A program made the translations under genes and the position numbers. Positions 50,783 to 60,324 of a stretch of DNA of 64,000 nt are shown here, piece by piece. Below the pieces are notes generated by a model, which did no database searches, was not told the origin of the DNA, and saw only the letters and a program-made list of their open reading frames with translations. The first letter of the stretch is position 1. The number at the start of each line of letters is the position of its first letter. The DNA comes from Candidatus Falkowbacteria bacterium (lineage in GTDB: Bacteria > Patescibacteriota > Patescibacteriia > Patescibacteriales > GWE2-39-37), in contig JAAXUA010000001.1 of NCBI GenBank assembly GCA_013336275.1, positions 78,167-142,166 of the forward strand, written 5' to 3'.

Positions 50783-52321
50783 ATGATGCAAAAGATAAAC
50801 AAAATCACCAAGTGGCAGAAGCAGGCCGGTTTCGGTTTGAACGTCTTACTGGTCCTAGGCGTCATTGCCGCCCTGAACTTCTTTTCTTATCAGCTTTTCC
50901 ACCGTTTTGACTTGACCAACAACAAGAACTACTCGCTTTCTTCGGCCAGCAAGGATTTGGCGCGGGAATTGCCGGACATCATCAATATCAAGGTCTATTT
51001 CAGCGGCAATCTTCCAAGCCAGTACATCAGCTTGAAACAGGAGGTGCTTGACCTTTTGGATGAGTATCAGAATTACTCCAAGGGCAAAATCAAGGTTCAG
51101 GTCATCGACCCCCTGAAGGATAAGGAGGTCCTCTCGGAGCTGCGTTCAAAGGGAATTCCTGAGATCCAGTTCAATGTCTTGGAAAAAGACAAATACCAAG
51201 TGGTCAATGGCTATATGGGCATGGTTCTGAGCTACGGCGACAAGTCTGAGGTCGTACCAGTTCTGCAAGATGTCAGCAACTTCGAATACCTGGTCAGCTC
51301 GGATATCAAGAAATTAACCGCCAAGGAACCGATTGTTATCGGCACTCTGGCAGGCCATGGTACGCTGGAATGGGAAAAGGAAGCGACCAAGGCCGATAAG
51401 GCATTGAAAGAGCTTTATCAGGTCCAGGTTGTCGACCTGAAGACGGAAAAGACTATTCCTTCAACCATCAAGGCTCTCGTTATCGCCGGGCCGAAGGAAA
51501 AATTCACCAAAGATGAGCTCAAGGCTATTGATAAGTTCGTCATGGGCGGCGGCAGCCTGCTTCTCTTGGTTGACGGCGTCAAGATCGATAACGGATTATC
51601 TGCCAGCAAGAATGAGTTGGGCATGGAAGAGTTGCTGTCTGGTTACGGCGTCACCTTGAACAAGGATTTGGTGCTGGATGTTTCGGCCGGCATGGCGTCA
51701 TTCAATCAGGGTTTCATGACTTTCAATATCGAATATCCATTCTGGCCCAAGGTCACGAACGGCTTGGATAAATCCAACCCGGTCGTTTCGCGCCTTCAGA
51801 GCATAGTCCTGCCGTGGGCCTCGAGCATCAGCATCAGCCAGGAGGTGGCCACTCAGAATCAGGTCGCTTATCTGGCTAAGACCACCAACCGCGCCTGGCA
51901 TGCGACCAGCAACTTCAATCTGCGTCCTGACCAGGTTCCTACGGCTGATAGCGCCGACCAATACACATTGGCCGCCGCAGTCCAGGGCAAGCTGAAGAGC
52001 CCTTATGATCAGGGATCGACAGACAAGGCGAGGCTCATCATCGTTGGCGACAGCGATTTCTTGAAGGACGGCTTACTGGACACCGGTGACAACCTGGCGT
52101 TCTTCCAGAATATGGTCGATTACCTCGGTCTCGATGAACAGCTGATCGGTATCCGCGCCAAGGCCATTTCGAGCCATCCGCTGAAGGAACAGCTTTCTGA
52201 CAGCTCCAAGATAGCCATCCGTTACGGCAACGTTTTTGGTATCACGCTTTTAGCCGTCGGCTTCGGCTTGTATCGCTATTATGCCCGTCGACGCAACAAG
52301 CGTCAGCCGGAAACCGAATAA
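50783..52321 (+). CDS. GldG-like ABC transporter auxiliary component
   Basis: N- and C-terminal TM anchors around a large periplasmic domain. The layout and blocks (IKVYFSG, LVIAGP, IIVGDSDF) are typical of the Gldg/ABC_transp_aux family. Confidence 0.7.
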   Translation: MMQKINKITKWQKQAGFGLNVLLVLGVIAALNFFSYQLFHRFDLTNNKNYSLSSASKDLARELPDIINIKVYFSGNLPSQYISLKQEVLDLLDEYQNYSKGKIKVQVIDPLKDKEVLSELRSKGIPEIQFNVLEKDKYQVVNGYMGMVLSYGDKSEVVPVLQDVSNFEYLVSSDIKKLTAKEPIVIGTLAGHGTLEWEKEATKADKALKELYQVQVVDLKTEKTIPSTIKALVIAGPKEKFTKDELKAIDKFVMGGGSLLLLVDGVKIDNGLSASKNELGMEELLSGYGVTLNKDLVLDVSAGMASFNQGFMTFNIEYPFWPKVTNGLDKSNPVVSRLQSIVLPWASSISISQEVATQNQVAYLAKTTNRAWHATSNFNLRPDQVPTADSADQYTLAAAVQGKLKSPYDQGSTDKARLIIVGDSDFLKDGLLDTGDNLAFFQNMVDYLGLDEQLIGIRAKAISSHPLKEQLSDSSKIAIRYGNVFGITLLAVGFGLYRYYARRRNKRQPETE

Positions 52322-52324
52322 CGC

Positions 52325-52594
52325 ATGATCAGAATTATCAAATTTACAGCCATGTGGTGCGCCGATTGCATCGTGATGCGTCCGATGTGGCAGGAAGTGC
52401 GCCAGCAATATCCTGATTTGGCCATTGAAGAGTACGATTTTGATGACCAGGCCGATCAAGCCAAGGCCTTCGGCATCACCACCGTCCCGACTACGATCTA
52501 CTTGTCCCAATCAGGAGAAGAAATAATGCGTCGAGTCGGTATGCAAGACAAAGCTGAACTTTTCGATGAAATCAAGAACAATCTATCTCATTAA
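52325..52594 (+). CDS. Thioredoxin-fold protein (CxxC = WCADC)
   Basis: 89 aa containing FTAMWCADC...TVPTTIYL, which carries the cis-Pro motif. Confidence 0.7.
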   Translation: MIRIIKFTAMWCADCIVMRPMWQEVRQQYPDLAIEEYDFDDQADQAKAFGITTVPTTIYLSQSGEEIMRRVGMQDKAELFDEIKNNLSH

Positions 52595-52602
52595 TTAAAT
52601 CT

Positions 52603-53505
52603 ATGAAGAAAAATAACCTGGTTTTAGCGGCTATTTTATTGGTTCTTGTCGGTCTAGGGTTCGCCTACAACGGGCCGATCAAGTCCTGGCGCGAGAAAGC
52701 TGGACAGCCGAAAAATTTCCTTTCGGATGTGGATTTCGGCAAGATTGATAAGGTTGAGATCGGCAAGGCCAAGACCGTCTTAGTAAAGCAGGGCGATGAT
52801 TGGAAAGTCGGTACTGACAAGAAAGCGGTTAACGCTAGTTCGGGTGCTATCGAACAAATGATCACTCAGCTCAAAGCCGCCCAGAAGAATCAGTTTGAAT
52901 TGGCCAGCACTAACAAGGATCGTAAATCGGAATTCCAGACCGACAGCAGCGGAATCGAAGTCTCATTCTATCAAAGGGACAACAAGACGACCGTCGTAAT
53001 CGGCAAGATGTCGAGCGATTATTCGAGCTCATATATCAGCCGTCAGGACGATGACAACACCTATCGGACCGTCCAGGCAAATCTCTGGTCAGTCTTCATG
53101 GCTGAGGATTGGCGTGACCTGGCAATCTTCAAGGGCGGCGACGCAACTAAGGCTCAGAAGGTCCGCTTGCAATTCCAGGACAAGCAGTATGTTTTGGAAA
53201 AGAAGGGTGAAGACTGGTTTGATGGCAAAAACAAGTTGAACAAGGACAAGGTCGCAAAAGTGATAGCTCGCCTGACCGAGCTGACTGCCGCCAAAATTCC
53301 GGCCCAGGATTTCAAGCCGACCGGTCTTGACAAAGCCTCTCTCATCGCCCAGGTTACTGGCGATGGACTGGATAGCACTTTGATGATCGGCAAAGAGGAC
53401 GGCCAAGGGCAATTCTACGCCAAGAGGGGGGATAATGACTTGATTTATCTCATAGCTAAAGCCGACCGCGACGAACTGAGTAAGAAACCGGACCAATTGA
53501 AATAG
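52603..53505 (+). CDS. DUF4340-like periplasmic protein (usual partner of GldG-type systems)
   Basis: N-terminal anchor followed by a beta-rich repeat architecture. The assignment rests on position after GldG and on memory. Confidence 0.55.
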   Translation: MKKNNLVLAAILLVLVGLGFAYNGPIKSWREKAGQPKNFLSDVDFGKIDKVEIGKAKTVLVKQGDDWKVGTDKKAVNASSGAIEQMITQLKAAQKNQFELASTNKDRKSEFQTDSSGIEVSFYQRDNKTTVVIGKMSSDYSSSYISRQDDDNTYRTVQANLWSVFMAEDWRDLAIFKGGDATKAQKVRLQFQDKQYVLEKKGEDWFDGKNKLNKDKVAKVIARLTELTAAKIPAQDFKPTGLDKASLIAQVTGDGLDSTLMIGKEDGQGQFYAKRGDNDLIYLIAKADRDELSKKPDQLK

Positions 53506-53513
53506 CAGCTTCT

Positions 53514-53547
53514 AAGCCAGGCACCGAACAGTGCCTGGCTTTATATT
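53514..53547 (+). terminator. Rho-independent terminator
   Basis: 11-bp stem aagccaggcac-cgaaca-gtgcctggctt followed by tatattt. Confidence 0.7.
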
Positions 53548-53595
53548 TGGCCGTATAAATGGTATAATCGGTATAATGAATTAATATAAATCATT

Positions 53596-54591
53596 ATGAA
53601 ATATGACGTGGTCACCGTCGGCGGCGCGACTGAAGACATGACATTGTTCACTCATGAAGGCGTACTGATCGACAATAAGCATGACGTTCTGCGCCAGGAA
53701 CTTCTCGGTTTCGAATACGGAGCAAAATTAGCGGTAGACAAGGTCGAATTGGCGTTCGGGGGCGGCGCAGCCAATGCAGCGGTCTCGTTTGCCAGGCTGG
53801 GACTCAAAACCGCCTCGAGAATAGCGGTCGGAAATGATGAGCGAGGATCGCAGATCGTCCGCCACCTGAAAAGCGAAAAGATAAACCATCGATTAGTACA
53901 GACGGTCAAGGGCCAGATGAGCGGCTTTTCGCCGATCATCGTCGGTCCCGACAACGAACATATCTCATTTTCCGTCCGTGGCGCCAACTCGTTTTTGGAT
54001 ATCGACCCCAGCACGGCCAAACAGCTCAAAAAATCCCAATGGGTATATCTGACTTCGCTATCCGGAGATTGGAAGCAGTTCTTGGATAAGTTATTCTCAG
54101 TCGACGGTCCTAAAATTGCCTGGAATCCAGGCCACACGCAGCTTGCTGCTGGCAAGAAGGCGTTGGCCAAGTATCTTAAGAAGACGGAGCTGGTCGTGCT
54201 TAATTTGGATGAGGCCAGGGAACTGGTCATCTCCGAACAGGCCTACAAGAGAAAACCTCTGTCATTCTTCGATGATCCGGCCAAAATGGCGGAGATCATT
54301 TCTTCGTGGGGTCCGAAGGTTGCCATCGTCACTAATGGCGGCAAGGGCGCTACTGCTTGGCGTGATGGCAAGGCGTACAAGGTCAAAGCCATCAACTTGA
54401 AAAGGAAAATCAATACCGTGGGCGTGGGTGACGCTTTCGGATCGTCAGTCGTCGCCGGCCTAATTATATATAAGGATGATCTGGCGAGAGCGATGAAACT
54501 GGCAGCTAACAATGCCGCTCGAGTGGCTTCGATCAAGGGAGCGCAGAACGGCTTGATAAGAAAGGCTGATTTAGTAAAATTATCGATATGA
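53596..54591 (+). CDS. PfkB-family carbohydrate kinase (ribokinase-like)
   Basis: Contains GGGAANAA near the N-terminus and the C-terminal DTVGVGDAFGS anion-hole motif. Confidence 0.85.
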   Translation: MKYDVVTVGGATEDMTLFTHEGVLIDNKHDVLRQELLGFEYGAKLAVDKVELAFGGGAANAAVSFARLGLKTASRIAVGNDERGSQIVRHLKSEKINHRLVQTVKGQMSGFSPIIVGPDNEHISFSVRGANSFLDIDPSTAKQLKKSQWVYLTSLSGDWKQFLDKLFSVDGPKIAWNPGHTQLAAGKKALAKYLKKTELVVLNLDEARELVISEQAYKRKPLSFFDDPAKMAEIISSWGPKVAIVTNGGKGATAWRDGKAYKVKAINLKRKINTVGVGDAFGSSVVAGLIIYKDDLARAMKLAANNAARVASIKGAQNGLIRKADLVKLSI

Positions 54592-55169
54592 AAAAAAACA
54601 ACCTGACCGTTCCGGTCGAAGTGTCGGCAAGACACATCCATCTCACTGCTGAACACCTAGCTGAACTCTTCGGTGAGGATTATGAACTGTCACCCATCAA
54701 GCCGCTTTCCCAGCCTGGAGAATTCGCCTCAAGCGCAGTCCTGGATATCCAGACCGAGAAAAACACCATGAAAGGGGTCCGGGTGCTCGGTCCCGTCAGA
54801 AGCTACAGCCAGGTTGAAGTCTCAAGGACAGATTCCTATTTTTTAGGCTTGATCCCGGTTATCCGTGAGAGCGGCGACATCAAGGGCACGCCAGGGATTA
54901 CCCTGATCGGGCCGAACGGTACCGTCAAGCTGGAAGAGGGCGTGGTTTTGGCATATCGCCATATCCATTGCTCCTCGTCACGCGCCGAAGAGCTCTCCGT
55001 CAAGCATGGCCAGTTCGTCAAAGCCAGGATTGGCGGCCCTCGAGCGGTAGTGTATGAGAATGTCATGTTCAAGGTGTCTGATAATTACGATTGGCATCTG
55101 CATCTTGACGTCGACGAAGGAAACGCTGCCGGAGCCGAACCTGGCACGACTGCTGAAATAATCTTCTAA
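54588..55169 (+). CDS. pduL: Phosphate acyltransferase PduL (Pta-type function)
   Basis: VPVEVSARHIHLT and AYRHIHCS are the two RHxH repeats of the PduL/PTAC fold. There is a 4-nt overlap with the kinase gene. Confidence 0.8.
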   Translation: MKKNNLTVPVEVSARHIHLTAEHLAELFGEDYELSPIKPLSQPGEFASSAVLDIQTEKNTMKGVRVLGPVRSYSQVEVSRTDSYFLGLIPVIRESGDIKGTPGITLIGPNGTVKLEEGVVLAYRHIHCSSSRAEELSVKHGQFVKARIGGPRAVVYENVMFKVSDNYDWHLHLDVDEGNAAGAEPGTTAEIIF

Positions 55170-55172
55170 CTT

Positions 55173-56225
55173 ATGTCCAATGTCTTAGTCCTTAATTCAG
55201 GTTCGACCTCGGTCAAATACAAGCTGTTTGCCGCCGATGAGACAGAGTTGGCGGGAGGCCAGTTCGCTGAAAAGGATTTCAAATCAAACATCAAACAGCT
55301 TCTGCGCCAGGTGGTCGCTTTTGGCGATATCGAAGCTGTCGGCCATCGCGTGGTCCATGGCGGCTGGCAATTCTCCCGGCCGACCATCGTTACCTCGGCG
55401 GTGATGAATGAACTATCAGAGCTCAATTATCTGGCTCCGCTGCATAACCCGCACAACCTGGCCGGCATCGAGGCCGTAGCGGATTTTTTGCCGCAAGCGC
55501 CTCAGATAGCGGTTTTCGATACAGGTTTTTTCAGCGAATTGCCGGATCAGGCCAAAACTTATGCCTTGCCGCGAGATATCGCCAGTAAATATCATATACG
55601 CCGCTATGGCTTCCATGGCTTGAGCCATGAGTATGCCATGGGTGAAGCATCGGCCCAGCTCGGCAAAAAGACGGACAAGATCAATCTGGTATCATGCCAC
55701 CTTGGCGGCGGCTCTTCGGTCGCGGCTATAAAGCAGGGAAGGCCGGTCGATATCTCGAATGGCTACACCCCGGCTGAAGGCTTGATGATGCAGACCCGCA
55801 CCGGAGATATCGACCCTGGGTTGGTCATCGAATTGATGTACTTGCTGCCAGGTGAGATCAACGAGGATAAGGTCGGCGAAGTTTATCGCCTAATCAACGA
55901 AGAGTCTGGCTGGAAGGGGCTGACCGGAGGCATTTGCGATTTCCGCGATCTGCTGAGAGAAGTCTCGTTGGGCCAGCCCGCAGCGCTGGCGGCATTCGAT
56001 GTGTTCACTTACCGCATTGCCAAATATATCGGAGCTTACTATGCGGTCTTGGAGGGAGCCGTAGACGCAATCGTCTTTACCGGAGCGATCGGAGCCGGCA
56101 ACCCGGCAACCCGGCAAGCAGTCATGCGCAAGCTCCGCCACCTGTCCTCCCTACCTATTCTTGCCATCAATACTAACGAAGAGCTGAATATCGCCCGCAA
56201 AGTAAAATTAACCATTGCCAGATAA
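55173..56225 (+). CDS. ackA: Acetate kinase (compact, 350 aa)
   Basis: Contains VLVLNSGSTSVKY, GHRVVHGG, RRYGFHGLSH, SCHLGGGSS and VFTGAIG. Confidence 0.9.
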   Translation: MSNVLVLNSGSTSVKYKLFAADETELAGGQFAEKDFKSNIKQLLRQVVAFGDIEAVGHRVVHGGWQFSRPTIVTSAVMNELSELNYLAPLHNPHNLAGIEAVADFLPQAPQIAVFDTGFFSELPDQAKTYALPRDIASKYHIRRYGFHGLSHEYAMGEASAQLGKKTDKINLVSCHLGGGSSVAAIKQGRPVDISNGYTPAEGLMMQTRTGDIDPGLVIELMYLLPGEINEDKVGEVYRLINEESGWKGLTGGICDFRDLLREVSLGQPAALAAFDVFTYRIAKYIGAYYAVLEGAVDAIVFTGAIGAGNPATRQAVMRKLRHLSSLPILAINTNEELNIARKVKLTIAR

Positions 56226-56226
56226 G

Positions 56227-57849
56227 ATGCTGAAAAGGATTTTTTCACACCAGACGAATAGCGTGACGACGGCAGCCATCCTGGTTGCCTTTTCTTCATT
56301 GTTTTCCCGTTTTCTCGGCGTGGTACGCGACCGCATCCTGGCTGGGCAATTCGGTGCAGGCGACACTCTTGATGTCTATTATGCCGCTTTCAGGGTGCCT
56401 GACCTGGTTTTCAATCTTCTCGTGCTGGGCGCCCTCTCAGCCGGCTTCATCCCCCTGTTTACCGATCTGCTCAAGGATGAGAACGACACACGTAAGAATA
56501 ATGAAGCCTGGCTTCTGGCTAGTAACATAATCAACATCCTCGCTCTGGGGCTTATTGCGATTTCAACGATCTGCATCATCTTCGCCCGCCCCCTGGCCGA
56601 AGCTTTCGCTCCCGGGTTTTCGCCCGAAAAACTTGACCAGACGGTCAACCTGACGAGGATTATGTTCCTTTCCCCCTTCTTTCTTGGCCTGTCGGGAGTC
56701 ATCGGCGGCGTCCTTCAGTCGTTCAAGAGATTTCTAGTCTATTCTTTTGCGCCGATCATGTATAATCTCGGTATCATTGCCGGAGCAGTCTGGCTGGTGC
56801 CTATTTGGGGAACTTATGGCTTGGCCTGGGGCGTGGTTATCGGCGCCTTCCTCCATTTTGCCATCCAGCTGCCGACTGCCATCCAGTTGGGCTTCAAATA
56901 TCGTCCGAGGCTGGGCTGGAAGGAACCATCTGTCCGGAAATTAGGACGCTTGATGGTGCCTCGAACTATGTCTTTGGCAATCTCCCAAGTCGACCTCTTG
57001 GTCAGTACGGCCATTGCAAGCACCCTGGCCTCAGGCTCGCTGACCGTTTTTAATCTAGCTAATAATATCCAGTCTTTTCCCATAGGTATCTTCGGCATCT
57101 CGTTCGCCACAGCCGTATTCCCGCTGCTCTCGTCCAAAGCCAAGGACCGCAAGGGCCTTGTCGAGATATTTTCCAACACCCAGCGGCAGATCCTTTTCTT
57201 TATCATCCCCTCGACTATGCTGGTCTGGGTCCTTCGCGCCCAGATCGTCCGTGTCCTTTACGGCTGGGGGCAGTTCAATTGGGAAGATACGGTGTTTACT
57301 ATCGAAGCTTTGACCTTCTTCAGCTTTTCTTTATTCGCTCAAGCCAGCATCCCTTTGCTGGTGCGGATGTTCTACGCCCGTCAGAACAGCAAGCACCCTT
57401 TCTATATCGGAATCACCTCGGTGCTTATGGATATAATTCTTTCTCTCTGGCTATCGAGGACCCTAGGAGTTGCCGGCATTGCGTTGGCTTTTTCTATCGC
57501 CAACGTCTTCAATTATCTGATGCTCTGGACCATCTTGAGCCGGCAGCTTGACGGCTTGGACGGCCGCAAGATCCTGCTCTCATCTTCGAAGTTCGTGGCG
57601 GCTGGCCTGACGGCCATGCTGGTAGCGCAGTATGTCAAGATTATCCTTCTGCCATTCATCGACATGCAGACTGGCCTGGGTGTCTTTACTCAAGGCTTCA
57701 CGGCCGGCATGATCGGATTGCTGGTTTACGCGGGGACGTGTGCTATACTTAAGAGCGAAGAGCTCGATTCGTTCTGGCAAGGATTAAAGAGGCGGTTGCC
57801 CTGGAAACAGCTTGAAAGCGAAGATCAGGGCGAGGCTCGAGGAATCTGA
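56227..57849 (+). CDS. murJ: Lipid II flippase MurJ
   Basis: 14-TM MOP-family profile with N-terminal SRFLGVVRDRILAGQFGAG..DVYYAAFRVP. I prefer ATG 56227 over TTG 56215. Confidence 0.85.
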   Translation: MLKRIFSHQTNSVTTAAILVAFSSLFSRFLGVVRDRILAGQFGAGDTLDVYYAAFRVPDLVFNLLVLGALSAGFIPLFTDLLKDENDTRKNNEAWLLASNIINILALGLIAISTICIIFARPLAEAFAPGFSPEKLDQTVNLTRIMFLSPFFLGLSGVIGGVLQSFKRFLVYSFAPIMYNLGIIAGAVWLVPIWGTYGLAWGVVIGAFLHFAIQLPTAIQLGFKYRPRLGWKEPSVRKLGRLMVPRTMSLAISQVDLLVSTAIASTLASGSLTVFNLANNIQSFPIGIFGISFATAVFPLLSSKAKDRKGLVEIFSNTQRQILFFIIPSTMLVWVLRAQIVRVLYGWGQFNWEDTVFTIEALTFFSFSLFAQASIPLLVRMFYARQNSKHPFYIGITSVLMDIILSLWLSRTLGVAGIALAFSIANVFNYLMLWTILSRQLDGLDGRKILLSSSKFVAAGLTAMLVAQYVKIILLPFIDMQTGLGVFTQGFTAGMIGLLVYAGTCAILKSEELDSFWQGLKRRLPWKQLESEDQGEARGI

Positions 57850-57850
57850 T

Positions 57851-58252
57851 ATGATCAATATACTTCTGTGGTACAATCGCAAGAAAGAGAAGAGACTCGC
57901 TATGCGTTTCGCAAGCGATCTGGCTTTCCATATGCACTCCGTCTATATTTATCTGGCTGAGCAGAATCGGACATTGCAACCAGGCAGCTGCGTCAAGGAG
58001 GCTGTCGGACTTTTGGATAATTGGAAAAAGATCAGCGAAAATCTTTACGAGCATAAGCCGACCGGGTTTGCCCTGGAGGTCAAGCCCGATAGCAAGCTCC
58101 TGCCCTTGACTAAAGATATCCTGGATATCGAACTCGAAGAAATCCTGACCAGCTATAAAGATCATGAAAAATTCGTGGTAATGAACGAAGCTCGAGCGCT
58201 GGTCGACGATTACTTCGATAAGAACTCATTTGTAGACAAGGTCGGTGCCTAG
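57851..58252 (+). CDS. Hypothetical 133-aa protein
   Basis: An ORF abutting the murJ stop. I recognise no motif. Confidence 0.45.
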   Translation: MINILLWYNRKKEKRLAMRFASDLAFHMHSVYIYLAEQNRTLQPGSCVKEAVGLLDNWKKISENLYEHKPTGFALEVKPDSKLLPLTKDILDIELEEILTSYKDHEKFVVMNEARALVDDYFDKNSFVDKVGA

Positions 58253-58357
58253 GGGCCATTTGACCGTTTGGCATAAAACTTGTAAGATATAGTCACTCAA
58301 ATACCAGGGGCCCAAACTGGCTCCTCTTATTTATTATTGAGGATTTCAGGTAAAAAA

Positions 58358-60139
58358 ATGGATAAAATTAGGAATTTTTGCATTATTGCTCACATAGACC
58401 ACGGCAAATCAACTCTGGCTGACCGTATGCTTGAGCTGACCGGGACAGTAGAGAAGCGCAAGATGAAGGAGCAGGTTTTGGATAAGATGGACCTGGAACG
58501 TGAACGTGGCATCACCATAAAATTAGCGCCAGTGACCATGGAGTTCCAGGGTCATCGCCTTAATCTGATTGATACCCCCGGCCACGTCGACTTCAGTTAT
58601 GAAGTTTCGAGGAGTTTGGCCGCTGTCGAAGGCGCTGTCTTGCTAGTTGATGCCACTCAGGGTATCCAAGCGCAGACTCTCGCCAATCTTTATTTGGCCA
58701 TGGAACAAGATTTGGTAATTATCCCGGTAGTCAACAAGATCGACTTGCCGGCAGCCGACGTGCCCAAGACCAAAAGGGAAATAATGAAATTGCTCGGCTG
58801 TTCCGAAGATGAGGTATTGGCAGTCTCGGGCAAGACCGGCGAGGGCGTGACCGAGTTGCTGCAATCTGTCATTGCACGGATTCCGTCTCCGGCTGGCAAG
58901 CCCGATTCTTCACTAAGGGCTTTGATTTTTGATTCTAACTACGACGAATACCGCGGAGTGGTCGCTTACGTACGCATCATCGATGGCGCTGTCCGTAACG
59001 GCGAGAAGATCACTTTGGTTGCCACTCGCGCTAAAAGCGAAGCGATCGATGTCGGTATTTTCAAGCCCGATTACATATCAACCAAGGAATTGGCCTGCGG
59101 CCAGATCGGCTATATCGTTACCGGCTTCAAGGAAGTTGCTGATTGCCGAGTCGGCGATACGGTAATCCTTTCGAAGGATGCATTGAATGCCCAGCCGTTG
59201 ACCGGCTACAAAGAGGCCAAGCCTATGGTTTTCGCTGGTATCTTTCCCAAGGAAGGGGACGAATTCCAGCTTTTGCGCGAGGCGATCTCTAAATTGAAGC
59301 TCAACGATGCCGCCCTGATTTACGAACCGGAACATTCCCAAGCCCTCGGTTTCGGCTTCCGCTGCGGCTTTCTCGGCTTGCTGCACTTGGAGATTTTCCA
59401 GGAGCGTCTTCGTCGCGAGCACAATCTTGATCTGATCGTCACGGTGCCGAGCGTTTCGTACCATGTCGAAAAGACCAATGGCGAAACCCTGATCGTGTCT
59501 AGTCCCCAGCTCCTGCCTCAGCAGAGTGAAATCAAGGAACTTGAGGAGCCATGGGTCAAGCTGGATGTGGTCACGCCCAAGGATTATTTAGGATCCATAA
59601 TGAGTTTCGCCCAGGAGAAGCGGGGTGTGTATGTGAATACCGAATATCTGGACCAGGAGCGGGCGGTGCTGCATTATCAATTGCCGATGAGCGCCATCCT
59701 GACCGATTTTTATGACAAGATAAAAAGCATCAGCTCCGGTTATGCCTCGATAAATTATGAATTTTTGGATTATCGCCCGGCTGACGTGGTCAAGCTCGAC
59801 ATCCTGGTGGCGGAAGAGATAGTCGAATCGTTATCGACCATCGTCTATCGCGATGACGCTTTCCGCCGCGGCAAAGAAGTGGTCGAGGTCCTGAAAGAGA
59901 CCCTGCCGCAGCAGATGTTCGTGATCAAGCTCCAAGCAGCGCTTGGCGGCAAGGTGATCGCGGCTGAGCGCATCTCGGCCATGCGCAAAGATGTTACGGC
60001 CAAACTGTACGGCGGTGATGTTTCCCGCAAGAGAAAGCTTTTGGAAAAGCAGAAGAAGGGCAAGAAGAAGATGATGGCCATGGGTCGCGGCAGCGTTGAC
60101 ATCCCGAGCGACACATTCGTCAAAATTCTAAAAAGATAA
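58358..60139 (+). CDS. lepA: Elongation factor 4 (LepA)
   Basis: Contains IRNFCIIAHIDHGKSTLADR, DTPGHVDF and NKID, with the LepA-specific C-terminal domain ending KLLEKQKKGKKKM. Confidence 0.97.
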   Translation: MDKIRNFCIIAHIDHGKSTLADRMLELTGTVEKRKMKEQVLDKMDLERERGITIKLAPVTMEFQGHRLNLIDTPGHVDFSYEVSRSLAAVEGAVLLVDATQGIQAQTLANLYLAMEQDLVIIPVVNKIDLPAADVPKTKREIMKLLGCSEDEVLAVSGKTGEGVTELLQSVIARIPSPAGKPDSSLRALIFDSNYDEYRGVVAYVRIIDGAVRNGEKITLVATRAKSEAIDVGIFKPDYISTKELACGQIGYIVTGFKEVADCRVGDTVILSKDALNAQPLTGYKEAKPMVFAGIFPKEGDEFQLLREAISKLKLNDAALIYEPEHSQALGFGFRCGFLGLLHLEIFQERLRREHNLDLIVTVPSVSYHVEKTNGETLIVSSPQLLPQQSEIKELEEPWVKLDVVTPKDYLGSIMSFAQEKRGVYVNTEYLDQERAVLHYQLPMSAILTDFYDKIKSISSGYASINYEFLDYRPADVVKLDILVAEEIVESLSTIVYRDDAFRRGKEVVEVLKETLPQQMFVIKLQAALGGKVIAAERISAMRKDVTAKLYGGDVSRKRKLLEKQKKGKKKMMAMGRGSVDIPSDTFVKILKR

Positions 60140-60150
60140 CATACAAACTT

Positions 60151-60261
60151 ATGTTTGACACTAAAAGAAGCAGAAAAATCAGAGTCGCCTGGGCTATCGT
60201 CAGCCTGATGGTAATTTTTTCAATGGTCATTTGGTCAGTCGGGATCGCCTTCATGCAGTAA
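60151..60261 (+). CDS. Possible 36-aa membrane micro-protein
   Basis: MFDTKRSRKIRVAWAIVSLMVIFSMVIWSVGIAFMQ has a basic N-terminus and one TM helix. There is no SD, and it is below the ORF-track cutoff. Confidence 0.3.
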   Translation: MFDTKRSRKIRVAWAIVSLMVIFSMVIWSVGIAFMQ

Positions 60262-60324
60262 TCCGCATAATTCGTTTCAGATAAGGTTGCAAATTCAGTT
60301 ATTAATTTTTTAAAATAAGCTAAA

